A stretch of DNA of 64,000 nucleotides from Daphnia carinata (Eukaryota). A program made the position numbers and the translations under genes. Below, in pieces: positions 1-12,540 of this stretch (position 1 is the stretch's first letter; every line of letters starts with the position of its first letter). The notes beneath the pieces are model-generated. The model searched no databases. It was not told the origin of the DNA and saw only the letters and a program-made list of their open reading frames with translations. The stretch covers positions 62,001-126,000 of the forward strand of contig NC_081333.1 in the NCBI RefSeq assembly GCF_022539665.2, given 5' to 3'.

Positions 1-982
1 AGAAAGTGTTATAACGCATGAAAAACGTTCTTCGAAAATGCCTGTTTTAAATGACCATGTAAAGGGAAAGTGAGCAATGGAACAAATCGTATGAGGTGCG
101 TTAATCAACGCTATATTTGCAAGGTTAAATATGCATATTTCCGTTTTATAAAGAAATAAATTTGAGTGGCTTATTCTGCGCTTGCGCCAGACGTGGCTTG
201 TCTTCCGAAAATAGAAACGGGAAAAAAACAACACTTATTGTTGTGCCCTGCGGTTCCTTTCCTCCAACGGCTTCAGCCCGGTTCGTTGCTCAGTTCGCTT
301 TTCTCCCGTCAGTCAGTTCAGCGCAGTCGTGACGATCATACGTGTTTCTCCTTACTTCCATTAATTCCTTCCTGTTATATTGCCAAACGAAACTCGAGTG
401 ATTTTGTAATTCACATTAAAAGATATTGTTTCCATTTTTTTTTGCACAAAAGTTTTTTTTTCTTGAAAAATTGTAACGTCGAGGAATAGTTATTTCCAAA
501 CTAGTTTCATCTTCCAAAGTTCCTCAGGTAATTGAACGTGATGTTAAATTGATGACTGTTACTGCGCCTGCGTTTTGTTGTGCATTATTGTTTGTGTGAC
601 GCGCGATTGCAGTCACGTGTATATTATTTGGACACGGAAAACTTGTGTGTGTGTCATTTGAACATTCATTACTTGGAATTTGAAAATTCCTTGGTTTTTA
701 CTTGGAAAGGGAGTCGTAATCGCCATCTTTATTTTGTGATGGCGATTATACCTCTGGTGGGAATGGATCTCCAAGGCTGACAGCATGGCGGACGCCTCTG
801 GGGATGGTAAACTTCGATTAATAAATGCAAAGACTTGGCGATTGTGATTAAAATCGGATTTGGACGTTGGTTAACCAAACTCGTGTTGGCAGTCACGTAG
901 TCTTCCAAATTTGGAGGACATTGAATTTAGTTTATTATTGTGTCAACTGGTTGATGTTTTGTGTTTATATTTATCTAGGTGA

Positions 983-3801
983 ATGATGCTTGATACCAAT
1001 AACGGACCCCGCCCTCTATTGAAGAAAACTCCTCAGGACTTGGGTATGTCTTTTCTCTGCTGATCCTATAAACGACGAGTTCATCGAACAGAGGTCTCTT
1101 CCCAGTCACTCCCGCACGATCAATATTATTCTACCCGTCCTCCACTGACGTCACTTAACCTTTCTCCCGCGGCCAAAATAGTCTACTACGACGCAGATAT
1201 CTTTTATTCTCCTAACACACATTTCTTTTCTTTTTTTCGCTTGTAAAATAATGATCAAGTAGACAGCCACGAGTTTGTTGGCCTCGAGGCTTTCCTTTTG
1301 CTTGTCTACATGTCGTAAAAGAGAGGCAGAACTAAGAAACATAGAAAAAAAAAATAGCCTCGTGATTCACGCACAGCGCATTCTCAACCGCCGCCAAACA
1401 GTCGCGCCAAGTCTCGTGCTGCCCCTCCCAAAAACAAACTGAACTGGAAGGGAATGTACATTCGGCGCCAAATGACAATAGGAGCAGCTGTTGTCACGGA
1501 AATGCCAGTTTTCCGTAAATTCCCACTCGCGCTTTTCACGGCGGTGCTTTTTTGGCCATTCTCTTTGCTGTCGGTTAGTTTTCCTAAAATTAACTTTGCC
1601 TTCGTTTTTAGAGAGTTTTTTTTGGGGGGAAAGAAAGAAAAGTTAGGCGACGCACAATGTACCCAAAGATAAACCCAACAAGGAATCAGACGTCGTCCGA
1701 TATTTGAGCAGGAGTTGTATTATTAAATCCTTGTTGTCAGAGTCCCTTATCTCATTATTGAAATACCTGCATTTTTGTTTTGTTTGTCATGTTGCAGCTC
1801 ATGTGGTGAAAGTAGGTGAGCTTCGCCCGGCGCCGCGACCATCGCCGCCACCTTTGACATCGGCCCGATCCCGTCGTCATGTGGCCGAATGCTGGCACGT
1901 CATCTTTGCTCCCGATGAAACACGTTTCGCTTGGCTTTGCGGAACCAGCCGAGTCCTCATCGTCCCGTGGAACCGATTCAAAAATTGCCTGTAAGGGACA
2001 TCTTTTTTTTGTTCTATATCAGATCTGATTGCGTGACATTTGAAACTGATGTTCAGAATGTCACGGATTGAATTTCGCTTCAATTTTAGTTTTTCCCATT
2101 TTCCTATTTGTTAAAACGGCAACTGTGAGCTGGCCCTATCAGGTTCGCGTGATGCTTTATCAAGTGCAAACTCGAATGACAAGTGTGCTGGGCAACAGCG
2201 ACTTTTCCCCTCCTTCATTATGATATTGCATCAGCTTTAGTTTCTATCCAATCACGTTTCTCGACTCGTTTCCAATCAATAATAATTTCAAATGTTTGCT
2301 TTAGGCTATCTTTGGACAACACGGACGATGAAGGCAACGAAATCAAAGGGCAGGTGGTTTGCATCGATGCCGGCTCGCCCGTCAATTCGGCCGGATTTGG
2401 TAGCGGAACACCCGAGAGTCAACTGGCCGACCCGCCGCAGCGCCAGTACTGGACCCGGTTCGATTTCAGCAATAAAGAGCTCGTCTTTGCCACGGGTCAC
2501 GTCAACGGTCGCATCCGCATCTGGGATGTTTACACTGGTGAGTAAGCCTATCACTTCAAAATTATTTCAATGAAAACGGGCGTTTAATTTGAATTCTATA
2601 CAAAAAGGATGCAAGTTGCTGGAGCTGATGGATCACACGCAAGCCGTTCGTGATTTGGCCTTTGCACCGGACGGTTCGCTCCGTCTCGTCTCCGCCTCCC
2701 TTGATCGAACCATTAAAGTAATGACACTTTACTACATTTATCTAGAAAACTTATCTGGTAGGGAGAGAAAATGACGACGTAGTAGTACAACTTACTATTA
2801 GAGTAGCCTCATTTTAACTGGTTAGTTCTAGTTCAATCGGGTTTCCCCTTTTTTTTTTATCTCACAGTCTGCTCCGCATTTCCGTTTAAATGACACAACC
2901 GAAAAAATCCGGTTTTTATCTGTCGAGACAAGAAAAGAAAAATCATTTCATTCATTATGGTTTTCTCCCCATTAGGTATGGGACCTGAGGGACGATGGCA
3001 ACATGTTCAAAACCTTAAAGGGACATTCGAACGAAATCTTTTGGTGCTGTTGGTCGCCAAACGCCCGACTGTTGGCCTCGGCCGGCGTCGGCAAATCCAT
3101 TCTCGTCTGGGACATGGTCACCTATTCGTTGGCCCGGACGCTGACTGGCCATCATCACAACGTCAGCGCCTGCGAATTCTCGCCCGATGGGGCCATTTTG
3201 GCTTCCTCTTCCTGGGACACTCGAGTCATCCTCTGGGACCCCTATACAGGTCATTGATACTCGCTACGTTTTAACGACGAATTGAAACGTGGAAATGAAC
3301 TGGTACAGGGGTTGAGCTGAGGGAGCTGTGTCACCAGTACCCACCGCCAAGGCCAATTTTTGCCTCCGGAGCCAATGGATCATGGGTCAGAGGCGTGGCT
3401 TACGCTCGTAATGGAGGCCAAACGGCCACTATCTCGGATGACGGACTCATCCGTTTCTGGAATCTCTTGGAACCGGAGGTGGATCCATCAGCCATTGCTC
3501 AGGGCGATGAAGAGATGGTCTGCTGCACTTTCTCGCCTTCGGGTCGCGTTTTTGCCGTCGGGTAAGTTTCATTTAACTGAATTTTTATTTTTTGGTGAGG
3601 ACATCAGGCTCATCCCTTTTTCATTTGTGTAGGACAAAAGAGTCTCGCGTGTCTTTCTACCTGGCACCAAAGGTGGTCTTTTCTTTAAAGCATTTGGCTC
3701 GAATGGCTGTCCGGCGCCAAGTGCTGGCCACCCCAAATATCGACCAATTACTTCTTCCAGCTCCACTAAAAACTTACCTGAAATACCAGGATTGGGTTTA
3801 A
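983..3801 (+). CDS. WSB1: WD repeat and SOCS box-containing protein 1; exons ~983-1043, 1798-1990, 2305-2537, 2608-2717, 2976-3249, 3309-3561, 3633-3801
   Basis: GT-AG exons join in frame. WD40 repeats (ATGHVNGRIRIWD, LMDHTQAVRDLAFAPDGS, GHHHNVSACEFSPDG), the WSB-type motif HQYPPPRPIFASGANGSWVR and a C-terminal SOCS box (SLKHLARMAVRR...IDQLLLPAPLKTYLKY). The first coding exon is the least certain part. Confidence 0.92.
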
Positions 3802-4485
3802 ACATCTTCTCTGTGTGCGTGTGTTCTTTCTTCATTCGAAGGGAAGGGGGGCCTGGCATTTTCCTTATATAAACGCCATTAACTGAAAAGAAAAAAAAAA
3901 AAATTACGGAAATCTTCCCTGATGAACGTAAAATTAAGTTTAAAAAAAAAAAAAAAAAGAATTGTAGAAGAAAACTTGTATATTGCATTGACTATTTTCT
4001 CTCAGACGATGACGTGTATAAACACTTGTCTGGGTTTTATCTTATTTCAATGCAGTGCATTGACTCCCATCAATTTCTGATGTCTCCTCCTGTGAAATAT
4101 TCGAAATTGTTGGTTTAAATAATGATTCATATTATATGATAATAATACCCTCGTCATATCTTACAGACGCGATTATAGGAGGAGGGGCTATAAATTAAAA
4201 TTTTAAGACTTCTTTTTTTTATCTCTTTCGTTTGTTTCCTCACAGTATATTATTTACCACACGCGCGCATTTAACGATATTCAGCCTTTAAAGAAAAATT
4301 GTAACATTTACCATGTTTGCCAGACATCATTCAAAGCGTTTCATGTGCTGTGTCTTTTTATCTATGCGCCTGTTGCTTTAAATGCTGTGATGGTCTGACA
4401 AATAAATCTAAACATTTGTGCTGGTAATATTCTTATCTACTGTGCCCACCAAATAGAAAGAGAAAATTTTCTTCTCACCAAATAA

Positions 4486-6872
4486 TCACGGCGAGTCCCA
4501 CAAGGTCTCGTCAGGAGCAGTTTCAACTGGAACGCGCCATTGAACGGATTTGGTTGCGCTCAATGGCGTTGCTGTTTCACCTGCTAACCTGTTGGGTTTC
4601 TTCAACTCCGTCAAGATCGCATCCAACGAGGAAAACGAAAAACTGTCTTCTTCTGTTTCCGCTTTTTCCGGTTCTTTCACCTCCGCTTTACGAAGAATGT
4701 TGACACTATTAACAGGCGGATCAACCAGGACGGTTTCGTTGATCTGTAATTATTGAAATATCAAATCGGAGAAGAAGAAAAAAGAAGAAAAGAGTCCTTC
4801 CAAAATGCAATAAACCTGACGTTCGAGATGGGCAGTCAGTTCTTTGACATTGCAAGACGGAAGTACGGAATGAGCTTCTCCATCTCGAGCCATCAAAGAT
4901 AATGAGGTCGGCGGTTCTGTTATCTGATTCCTGGATCGTGGAGTGGGCACTGGAGCCCGAACAGGAGTCGTGATTACCGGATGTTCTTGTTCCATTTTTG
5001 GCCGTTTCTGTCTATTATTAGATGCCACCGTTAGGAGTGGTTTTGAATTCACGGGCTTCTCGTGGCTCTTTGTCGGAGATTTAACTTGGATATTTTTTAA
5101 ACGTTCCTTCAACTGCGATTCGAAACGATTGCGCATCTGGAGATAATCGGCAGTTTGATTTGATTTCAGCTTCTCCGACAATAGACGAAATGTTGAGTTG
5201 GAGAGAGTTTTGCGGTTCACGTCAACTCCAAGCAATTGCATCCGCTGTCCCAGGGCATTCTCAATCGTCTTTTTGAAACGATCCATCAAAACCTGACGAT
5301 TCACTTTATGAACCGCTTTTTTCTTTTCCGGTTTTGCCCTAAAAGATTGAAAGGTCTATAAATTTCGAAACTGAATCAAACTATTAATTTCCTTACATTT
5401 CGATGCGAGGTTTCTCATCTTCGCTAGTGTGTTCACCAATACTTGATGAAGGAGACGAATGGCTTAAAAATTTATCTTCTTGTTGGGGGCTTCCACTAAT
5501 CTGAGTCAAGCTCATTGACTCTGACTTGTAGACGGACCGGACGGATGGAGTTGGAGTGGTCATAACATCCTGGGTGGCAGTTTTATTTGTAATGTGACTT
5601 CTTTGCAGTGGCGACGTGACAGCTGGCGTTTCAGGTTCATGAAACATTCGCGGTGTCGTTTGAACGCTGGACGACTGGACTGTTTTCTGAGGAGAATAAG
5701 GAGCTTCTGCTGGAATGACTAGCTGTTCAACTTTCTTCTCCTGCAACGTTGCACAGATTTTCTGACCATAAAAACGATTAGTTACACATGCAATTTATCA
5801 ATTACATTCTTTCTAACGTACTTCAACTTCTTGGGCGAGCATGTCTTGTAAATTAACGTTAGATTTTTCCATCTGCGAGAAAGAATTGAAATTGAGACTT
5901 GACATTTAAAATAGCAATTGGTTTTAGTCATACCTTCTCTATAACGGAATGAAGTAGTTGTTGTTCGTTTTGTAACTGGGCTTCTGCCAACTGCAAGCGT
6001 TCCTTGAGTTCGCTGATTTCTTTATTCTGGTAAGGTTCTCCTGGTGTATCACATGTTTTTATTGGTGATGACACTGTTACTGGTGGGACAGGGGAAAAAG
6101 TTTCTTTCACTGGTGTTGACGGCTGGACAGGTGACACCCTTGCTGCTGTTGCTGCTGGGTTTGATGAGATTACGGTAACATATTCTGGGTGTCGTCTCTG
6201 CCAATGGCCATGGAGGTATTCTCCATTGAAAAAGGTTTTGGGACAAGCTGGGCACTATGGTTTAAGAATATACAATGCTCATACCTCTGCTCAAACAGAA
6301 CCAATTAATATACATACCCTGTAATAATGTTGCTGATTAGTTGGTTTTTTACTTTCTTTTTTAAGCTCTTTAAGTTTCTTTTCAGCTTGCTCTTTTGCCT
6401 TTAGCGCTTCACCTAGAGACTGCCATTCAAACAACAAATAAAACCCAATGAATTCAGGATGAAAAACCACGTTAGCTTTTTGTTTGATTACCAACTGGCT
6501 AGTTTGCATTTTCTCTTCACATTTCTGCAGCTCAGTCAAAATCTGTTGTCTAATCTGTAACAGGTACTCGATGCTAATTTGGGCCAGCTGAAACAGTTTG
6601 CAGACATTAGGATCAAGGTCAGATTGCTTGAATTCAGACTCCAAGTGACAGCACAGGATATTGCACAAATTTTTTTCAATAATGTCCCAGTCTCTACTAA
6701 CTTTGAGTTGTTCCATGTTCAAAGATGCTAATTCAAAAGGTTCATTTAAAGTATGAAACATAAAAAAAAAAAAAAAACTGGTTTTACCAATTTGCTTCCA
6801 ATCGATTTTCTCAAATCTTCGAAATACGAAAGAGTCGTTGATTTTCAATTGGATTTCGTTGATGTTCACCAT
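4486..6872 (-). CDS. DZIP1: DZIP1/Iguana-like C2H2 zinc-finger coiled-coil protein, multi-exon; start may extend to the in-frame ATG near 6929
   Basis: N-terminal DZIP-like segment (FVFRRFEKIDWKQI...LDPNVCKLFQLAQISIEYLL), then a coiled coil and a spliced C2H2 finger (YYR|CPACPKTFFNGEYLHGHWQRRHPE, exon starting 6255). ORFs 5928-6137, 5393-5746, 4750-5304 and 4486-4680 form the remaining exons. Confidence 0.75.
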
Positions 6873-7063
6873 TTTATCTCCTTGAAATTTCGGCGCGCGT
6901 TTGTTTTTTTTTTTTTTTCCTCTTGCCATGTGGTCGCATAGCAACCACGAAACCACCCCCTTTTCTGTTTCCGCAACGCTGTCGTCCGATTGTTTGGGAA
7001 CGGCTAGTCAGAGAAACGTCTTCTGCTGGTCGACATTTCAGCGTCATCCGTCAAAACAAGAAA

Positions 7064-7485
7064 ATGGATTCGTTACCAAACCAATTGGGTTATTTATTAC
7101 TTGATGAGGATGGAGCAGTTATTGCAGTACGTAATTTTTCATTAACGTAAATAAGGTACCTTTTCCGTCTGGCTCTTTATCAGTTGCCATTAACTCTAGT
7201 CCAATGGAGATCTGGAAAACGACGAGAGAATTGGGAGTATCATCGTTAAAATGTTGAGAGCTGCTCAAAAACAAGAATTAGGGCTTGCTGATGCAAAAGA
7301 TGGATTTCAGAGGATGACAAGTGAGTCTGCCTAAGTTAGATAGAAATGTCAAGTTTGCCGTCAACTAATAATACATTTTAATTGCAGTCAACTATCCAGA
7401 TCATTGCTACATTGTCTGTCTCTCCAATAAAAGAATCCACATTGCCAAAAGACTAGTCTCACCTTCTAGTGAGGTCATTGCCTAA
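7064..7485 (+). CDS. LAMTOR4: Ragulator complex subunit LAMTOR4, 93 aa; exons 7064-7126, 7200-7320, 7388-7485
   Basis: The spliced translation [36 protein letters not shown]...YIVCLSNKRIHIAKR resembles the LAMTOR4 pattern I recall ([25 protein letters not shown]...VTVSGQRVFVVKR). An AATAAA lies near 7524. Confidence 0.88.
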
Positions 7486-7840
7486 ACTACTGATTATTAT
7501 TATTATTTTTTTTTCCATTTATCAATAAATTTCCCTGGCTGATATGACTCATGTATAATTACAAAAATATACATTTATATTACAAATTGTTTTAAACAGT
7601 ATCAGTAGCTTAAAAATATTTTACATACTGCGTGGTGTATAACTTGGATCTGTCCAATGAATGTACATCTATTCCAAGTTTCCAAAGCACAAATGAAAAG
7701 CCGAATTTTTACATGAAACAAGAAGAGGCTTCTTTTTTTTCCCCGTAGCCATAGACCGCAAGCCACGTCCTTCCCTCCCGTCACCATAGCAACGGCACAC
7801 CTGGTTCAGGGATCTCAAAGAAAAAAATAGGGAAAAAAAA

Positions 7841-8896
7841 ATGGACAAGCCGGTTCTGTTTGCTTACCAAATTTATCTAATTGTCCTCTTTTCCATAATT
7901 CACTCCGCTCAAGGACTGGGGAAAATTATATTTGCTGTCAACGCTGGTGGTGACAGTCACGTTGATATTTATGGAATTAAATACCAAAAAGGTAACCCGT
8001 CCGTCAACTTCTTGTTTACAAACCGCCGGCGGATCCCATTCTATTCAAAACGATTACTATTACAGATCCGCTGGAGGGAAAGACAGGAATAGCTTCCGAT
8101 TACGGAAGACAGTATTTGAATATCGGTCGAGTACCTGAACCGGATGCCATTCTGTATCAGACAGAACGGTATCATCACTCCAATTTCGGTTATGACATTC
8201 CAGTCAGCGAAGATGGTGACTACGTCTTGGTCCTCAAGTTCTGCGAAGTCTACTTCAACAGTCCTTCCATGAAGGTAAGCTTTGCGTTGATGTCTCGTTG
8301 GCAAACTCATCTTTACAAGCAATCAATGCACGTCTTTGCAGGTATTTGACGTCACCTTGAACGGAGTGCACACGATAGTCTCCTACCTCGACATCTTTGA
8401 GAAGGTTGGCAAGGCTGTGGCTCATGATGAATACATTCCATTTAGAGTGGCGAAGGGTAAGATTCTGGTCAACGACGAGGAGTCAGAGCTCGTGGGCAAG
8501 AAGGTCAGGGTAGAATTCATCAAGGGCAACCAAGACAACCCCAAAGTCAACGCTATCTATGTCATGAAGGGTTTATTGGAAGGTAGTTGCTTTTCGAAAT
8601 GATTCTTATCTCTCCAGCAAACTAATGAGTTTGTAAACTCTTTTGCAGATGTGCCAAAGTTACCTCCATTGGCTGGAAGCGACGGAGATGAAGACGAAGT
8701 GGAAGAAAAACCGATCGAAAAAGATGAGCCGTCGAGTGTTCCACAACCGTCTGGCACAAGCAGTACTAGTCCGAAAAAGAAACGCGACCAACCGAAAATC
8801 GCCAATCCCTACACTGACGAAACGTCGACATTATTGCCGATTTTTGTGGCGATAGCCGCGTTCGTACCATTCCTCTTTTGCCTGTGCAAACTGTGA
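7841..8896 (+). CDS. MLEC: Malectin (ER lectin); exons 7841-7991, 8066-8274, 8342-8582, 8649-8896
   Basis: Signal peptide, malectin domain ([52 protein letters not shown]), acidic linker, and NPYTDE followed by a C-terminal TM helix ending LFCLCKL. Confidence 0.95.
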
Positions 8897-9712
8897 TGAC
8901 AATTCGTTTTTTTTTTTTCCCCCTTTGCTCTCTGTTTAGCTGAACGACGAAGGCTTAAAAATAACTGAACTGGCCCTAGTCCTCAAAAATGACATCGGCG
9001 ACTTGAAAACAACAATTAATCTTTTCAGTATACGTGGCAAAAATCCCAGGAAAAATAACCAGTATATATTCTTTACGTTTTCTGTTTTTCTTCCGTTTTT
9101 TTTTTTTTTTTATTTTTGGGTTGTGTGGTGTGTGCATGTGTAGTTGTTTGACTATTGAAAGAGGTCGTTTACTGAGAGAGAGAGAGAGAAGAATACAATA
9201 TGCGTTTTCTTTTGTGTGGACAGGAAAAAAAGTGTAATGTCATTTCCATATTTAGATAAATACGTATTTTTTTTTTCTAAAATAAGACAAAGAGAAAGAG
9301 AGAGGGAAAACAGACCCATTGAAATGATTTGAATATGCCCCTTTTCCATGCCTTTGGGTTCTTCAATAAACAAATAATTTTTTATCATATTTTTTTTTTG
9401 TTTTTTTTTTTTTGTTTTCGTATTATTTTTTCCAAAAGAATCGATGTTTCATTGATGAAAAGCGGTGGGCTCATAACGAAGCGCTTGTCGAGGCACGCCA
9501 CCTAGCTGCCGACATAAGTCATACAGTTTGAGTGTATGAAAAGTCCACATAGAAGAAAGAGAATATAATGAGACAGAGAGGCTGGGAGCAGCAGAGGCGG
9601 CGTACTGGGCAAGAATATCAGCAAGCATCATTTCTGGGATAAAATAATAATAATAATAACAGAGTGAAAGAAGTGGCAGGAGCGGAGGACGCATTAGAAT
9701 GAGTCAAAACAC

Positions 9713-12508
9713 TCATTCGTCTTTGAATCGCCGGTAGAAAGATTGGACGTAGGTGAAGACGCATTTCCAATCTGGACGAGCCATGGCTACCATATCATCC
9801 ACGTCCAGTAAGGGAGCGATGCCGGCTTTTTCACTTTTTTTTTTTTGTTGTTTCCAATTGAAATGAAAACGATGGAAAAGTAATGGATAGTTAAAAAGAA
9901 AAACCGTAGAAAGAAAGACAAAGATTGAAATTACTCTGCCGTTTTGAATGCGAGCGTAAAGTTGTGCCTCTTGTTTTTGGCCTCCAGTTGATTGAAATCA
10001 AAGGCATCCGGATAGAAATGATGAATGAGGGCACAAAAGGCGAGTCCGTCGTTCCAGCTGGAGCTGAAATTGTCTACTTGCACGTTCTGCACACATAGAT
10101 ACGATGGATATGAGTCAATGAAATGTTTGAAAGAAAAGCAAGTGTCCTCAGTGCAAAACACAACACGAATGGAAACGTGGGGAATGAAATACGCCTAGTA
10201 GAATGTACAACCCCCAAACGACGAAAAAGCGACAGAAATAGGAGAGTAAAGGAGAGAAGAAGAGCAGATGAAAGAAGGAATAAAATCGAACCTTGTATCC
10301 GCGCGTTCTGGACTGACACCACTGGAGCAGGAAATCCTTGATACCGGAAGCAGAGCGAGTCAATCCGCCACCCATCAGCCCTTGCATTGGTCCGCCACTA
10401 GCAGTAGCCGAAGGAAGTAACGTGTTACTACTAACTAGAGCCAGACTCGTTCCATACAAATTTTTTTTTTTTTTTTTTTTTTTTTGCTTGGATTGACATG
10501 ACGTATATACCACCCTCACCCCCATTTCCAATCGAAGAGCCAATCGTGTTTGGACTTGTTGTTTTTCAATTGTAACGAAACTTTGACATGTTAAATCTTA
10601 CTAGTCTCTCACTACGATGCATCACGTCGGCCATTTTACAACAACATGAAAAACAATTACTTTTTTTTTTTTTCTACAATTGCAGGTGATGCTTTTTCAA
10701 GTTACGGGTCCATCAGTTAATTGGTAGGGAAATTCGACATGAACTTACCATCAAACAAACTCACCTGAGATGTCATTTGTTTTTTTTTTTTAGTACGAAT
10801 CACTACAGTGTTGCCATATGCAAGTTGCTGTTTTAGTGAGGCTCTTAGAACAGCCCAAAGTTCATGACATTTTGTTCTCAAATCGATATCGAGAAGGTGG
10901 ACGCTGCGTAGTAGTGGTGGTGGTGGTAGACACATCATCATGCAACACGTAAAAAGCAAATCAAGCAATGCGACAATGTATTGGCACAGCACACAAACCC
11001 CAATCAATCAACTGTTTTTTGTTTTTGTTTTTTCTCTTTTTGGGTTCCTAATTGAAAAGTGATGAATAGATAATAATAAATCAAATTCCACGAAAAAAAA
11101 AAAACGCAATAAAATAATAGAACAATCTTGAAAAAAAAAAAAAGCTTTTTGTTTTTAGAAATATTGGGAGGATGGAAATATCGTCACAATCAGCTGATAG
11201 CGCAGGATAAAAAAAAAAAATAAAAATAAAAAGTGAAGAAGAAAAACAAGAGCCGAAAAGAGGAAAAAGTTTTGAGGGTCCACCACCATCAAATCAAAAA
11301 ATCACGTGGATGGATAGATGAATTAACACAAAGAGTAAATGAATTAAAATCCAAATATCATATTATGATGGGAGGCTAAGGACTTGAAATTTGTGTTTCG
11401 TGTTTCTGTATGTATGTATGTGTGTGTGTGTGTGTGTGTGTCGTGTAAAAATGGATGGACGCTTAATGGATAGAGGAGAGCTGACCTGATAGTCTGCGGT
11501 GGCTCGTTTGCAAAAATTAAGGATCCTCTCTTTGATTTCGGCCGTGTTGAGACGGGGCCTCGGACTGGAAGGCACCGTCAAAAAATTGGGCGTCGTTGGC
11601 CGGCTCGTTGGTTTCGTTTCGAGTTGCTGGCCAGCGAGGAGTCCCACGCCGCCAAATCCACCAGATGGCGTTGCCATGCTATTACTACTAATAATGGTCG
11701 GGGTTTTGTTTTGTTTTTTTTTTCTTCACTTACTTCGCGTGTGTGTGTGTGTGTGTTTTGTTTGTTTTAAATCGGCAAAAATGGGAAGCAAAATAAAACC
11801 GCGATTTGCTTTGCTTTTAGCTGTGACATTGAAAAGAACTAAACTTCTACTTAGAATGTATGGCTGCTGCGCTTTTTGCTGTTTAAGGGGCTTAATCATT
11901 TCGATACAAATCGGATTGAAATAGGAAGAGAGTATTGAAAAACAAAAGAATATAGGTCGCTACGATCCAAATTCCTAATTCAGTGAGTATACAGATTAGC
12001 AACGATTATTATTATATAAGGCTAATTTACTAAAAATAGATTATTATTATTATATTAATTATAGAATGGACGGTGTGCGCTATCGGCCGATACACACACA
12101 CGCAAACGAAAAACGAAGCCGCGTGCAATAAACAAAAAAAAAAGGGTGAAACAAAAAACAGACGCTTGTTTTTTTGTTTTTTTTTTTAGTGGGAGGGAGG
12201 CGATTGAAAAATCAAATAGCGTGCTGCCATCTCTGTTCTCATCCATCGTCCCTTTTCGAATTCTCTTTTTCAATTCTTACATTTCTTTACGTCTACAAGG
12301 GACGGAAGGGAGGGAGAGAGAGAGAGAGAGGATAGGTTTTTGTGCTGTGTTTTAGTATTTTTACCTCGTCGACGATTTGATGGATTGATCCAGCTGCTGG
12401 AATTTGCTGAACGCCGATTGGCCGGGCTGGCCCGAGCGCGTGAAATTCGACTGACGTGTCGTCGTCACTAAATCACCGCCAGATGGCATCACATACAAAT
12501 CGTTTTAT

Positions 12509-12540
<32 letters not shown>

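Noticed and set aside
9449..9694. ORF just downstream of the smoothelin stop as a readthrough extension
   Set aside because: A second in-frame TGA follows two codons after the stop (TGA GTG TTT TGA).
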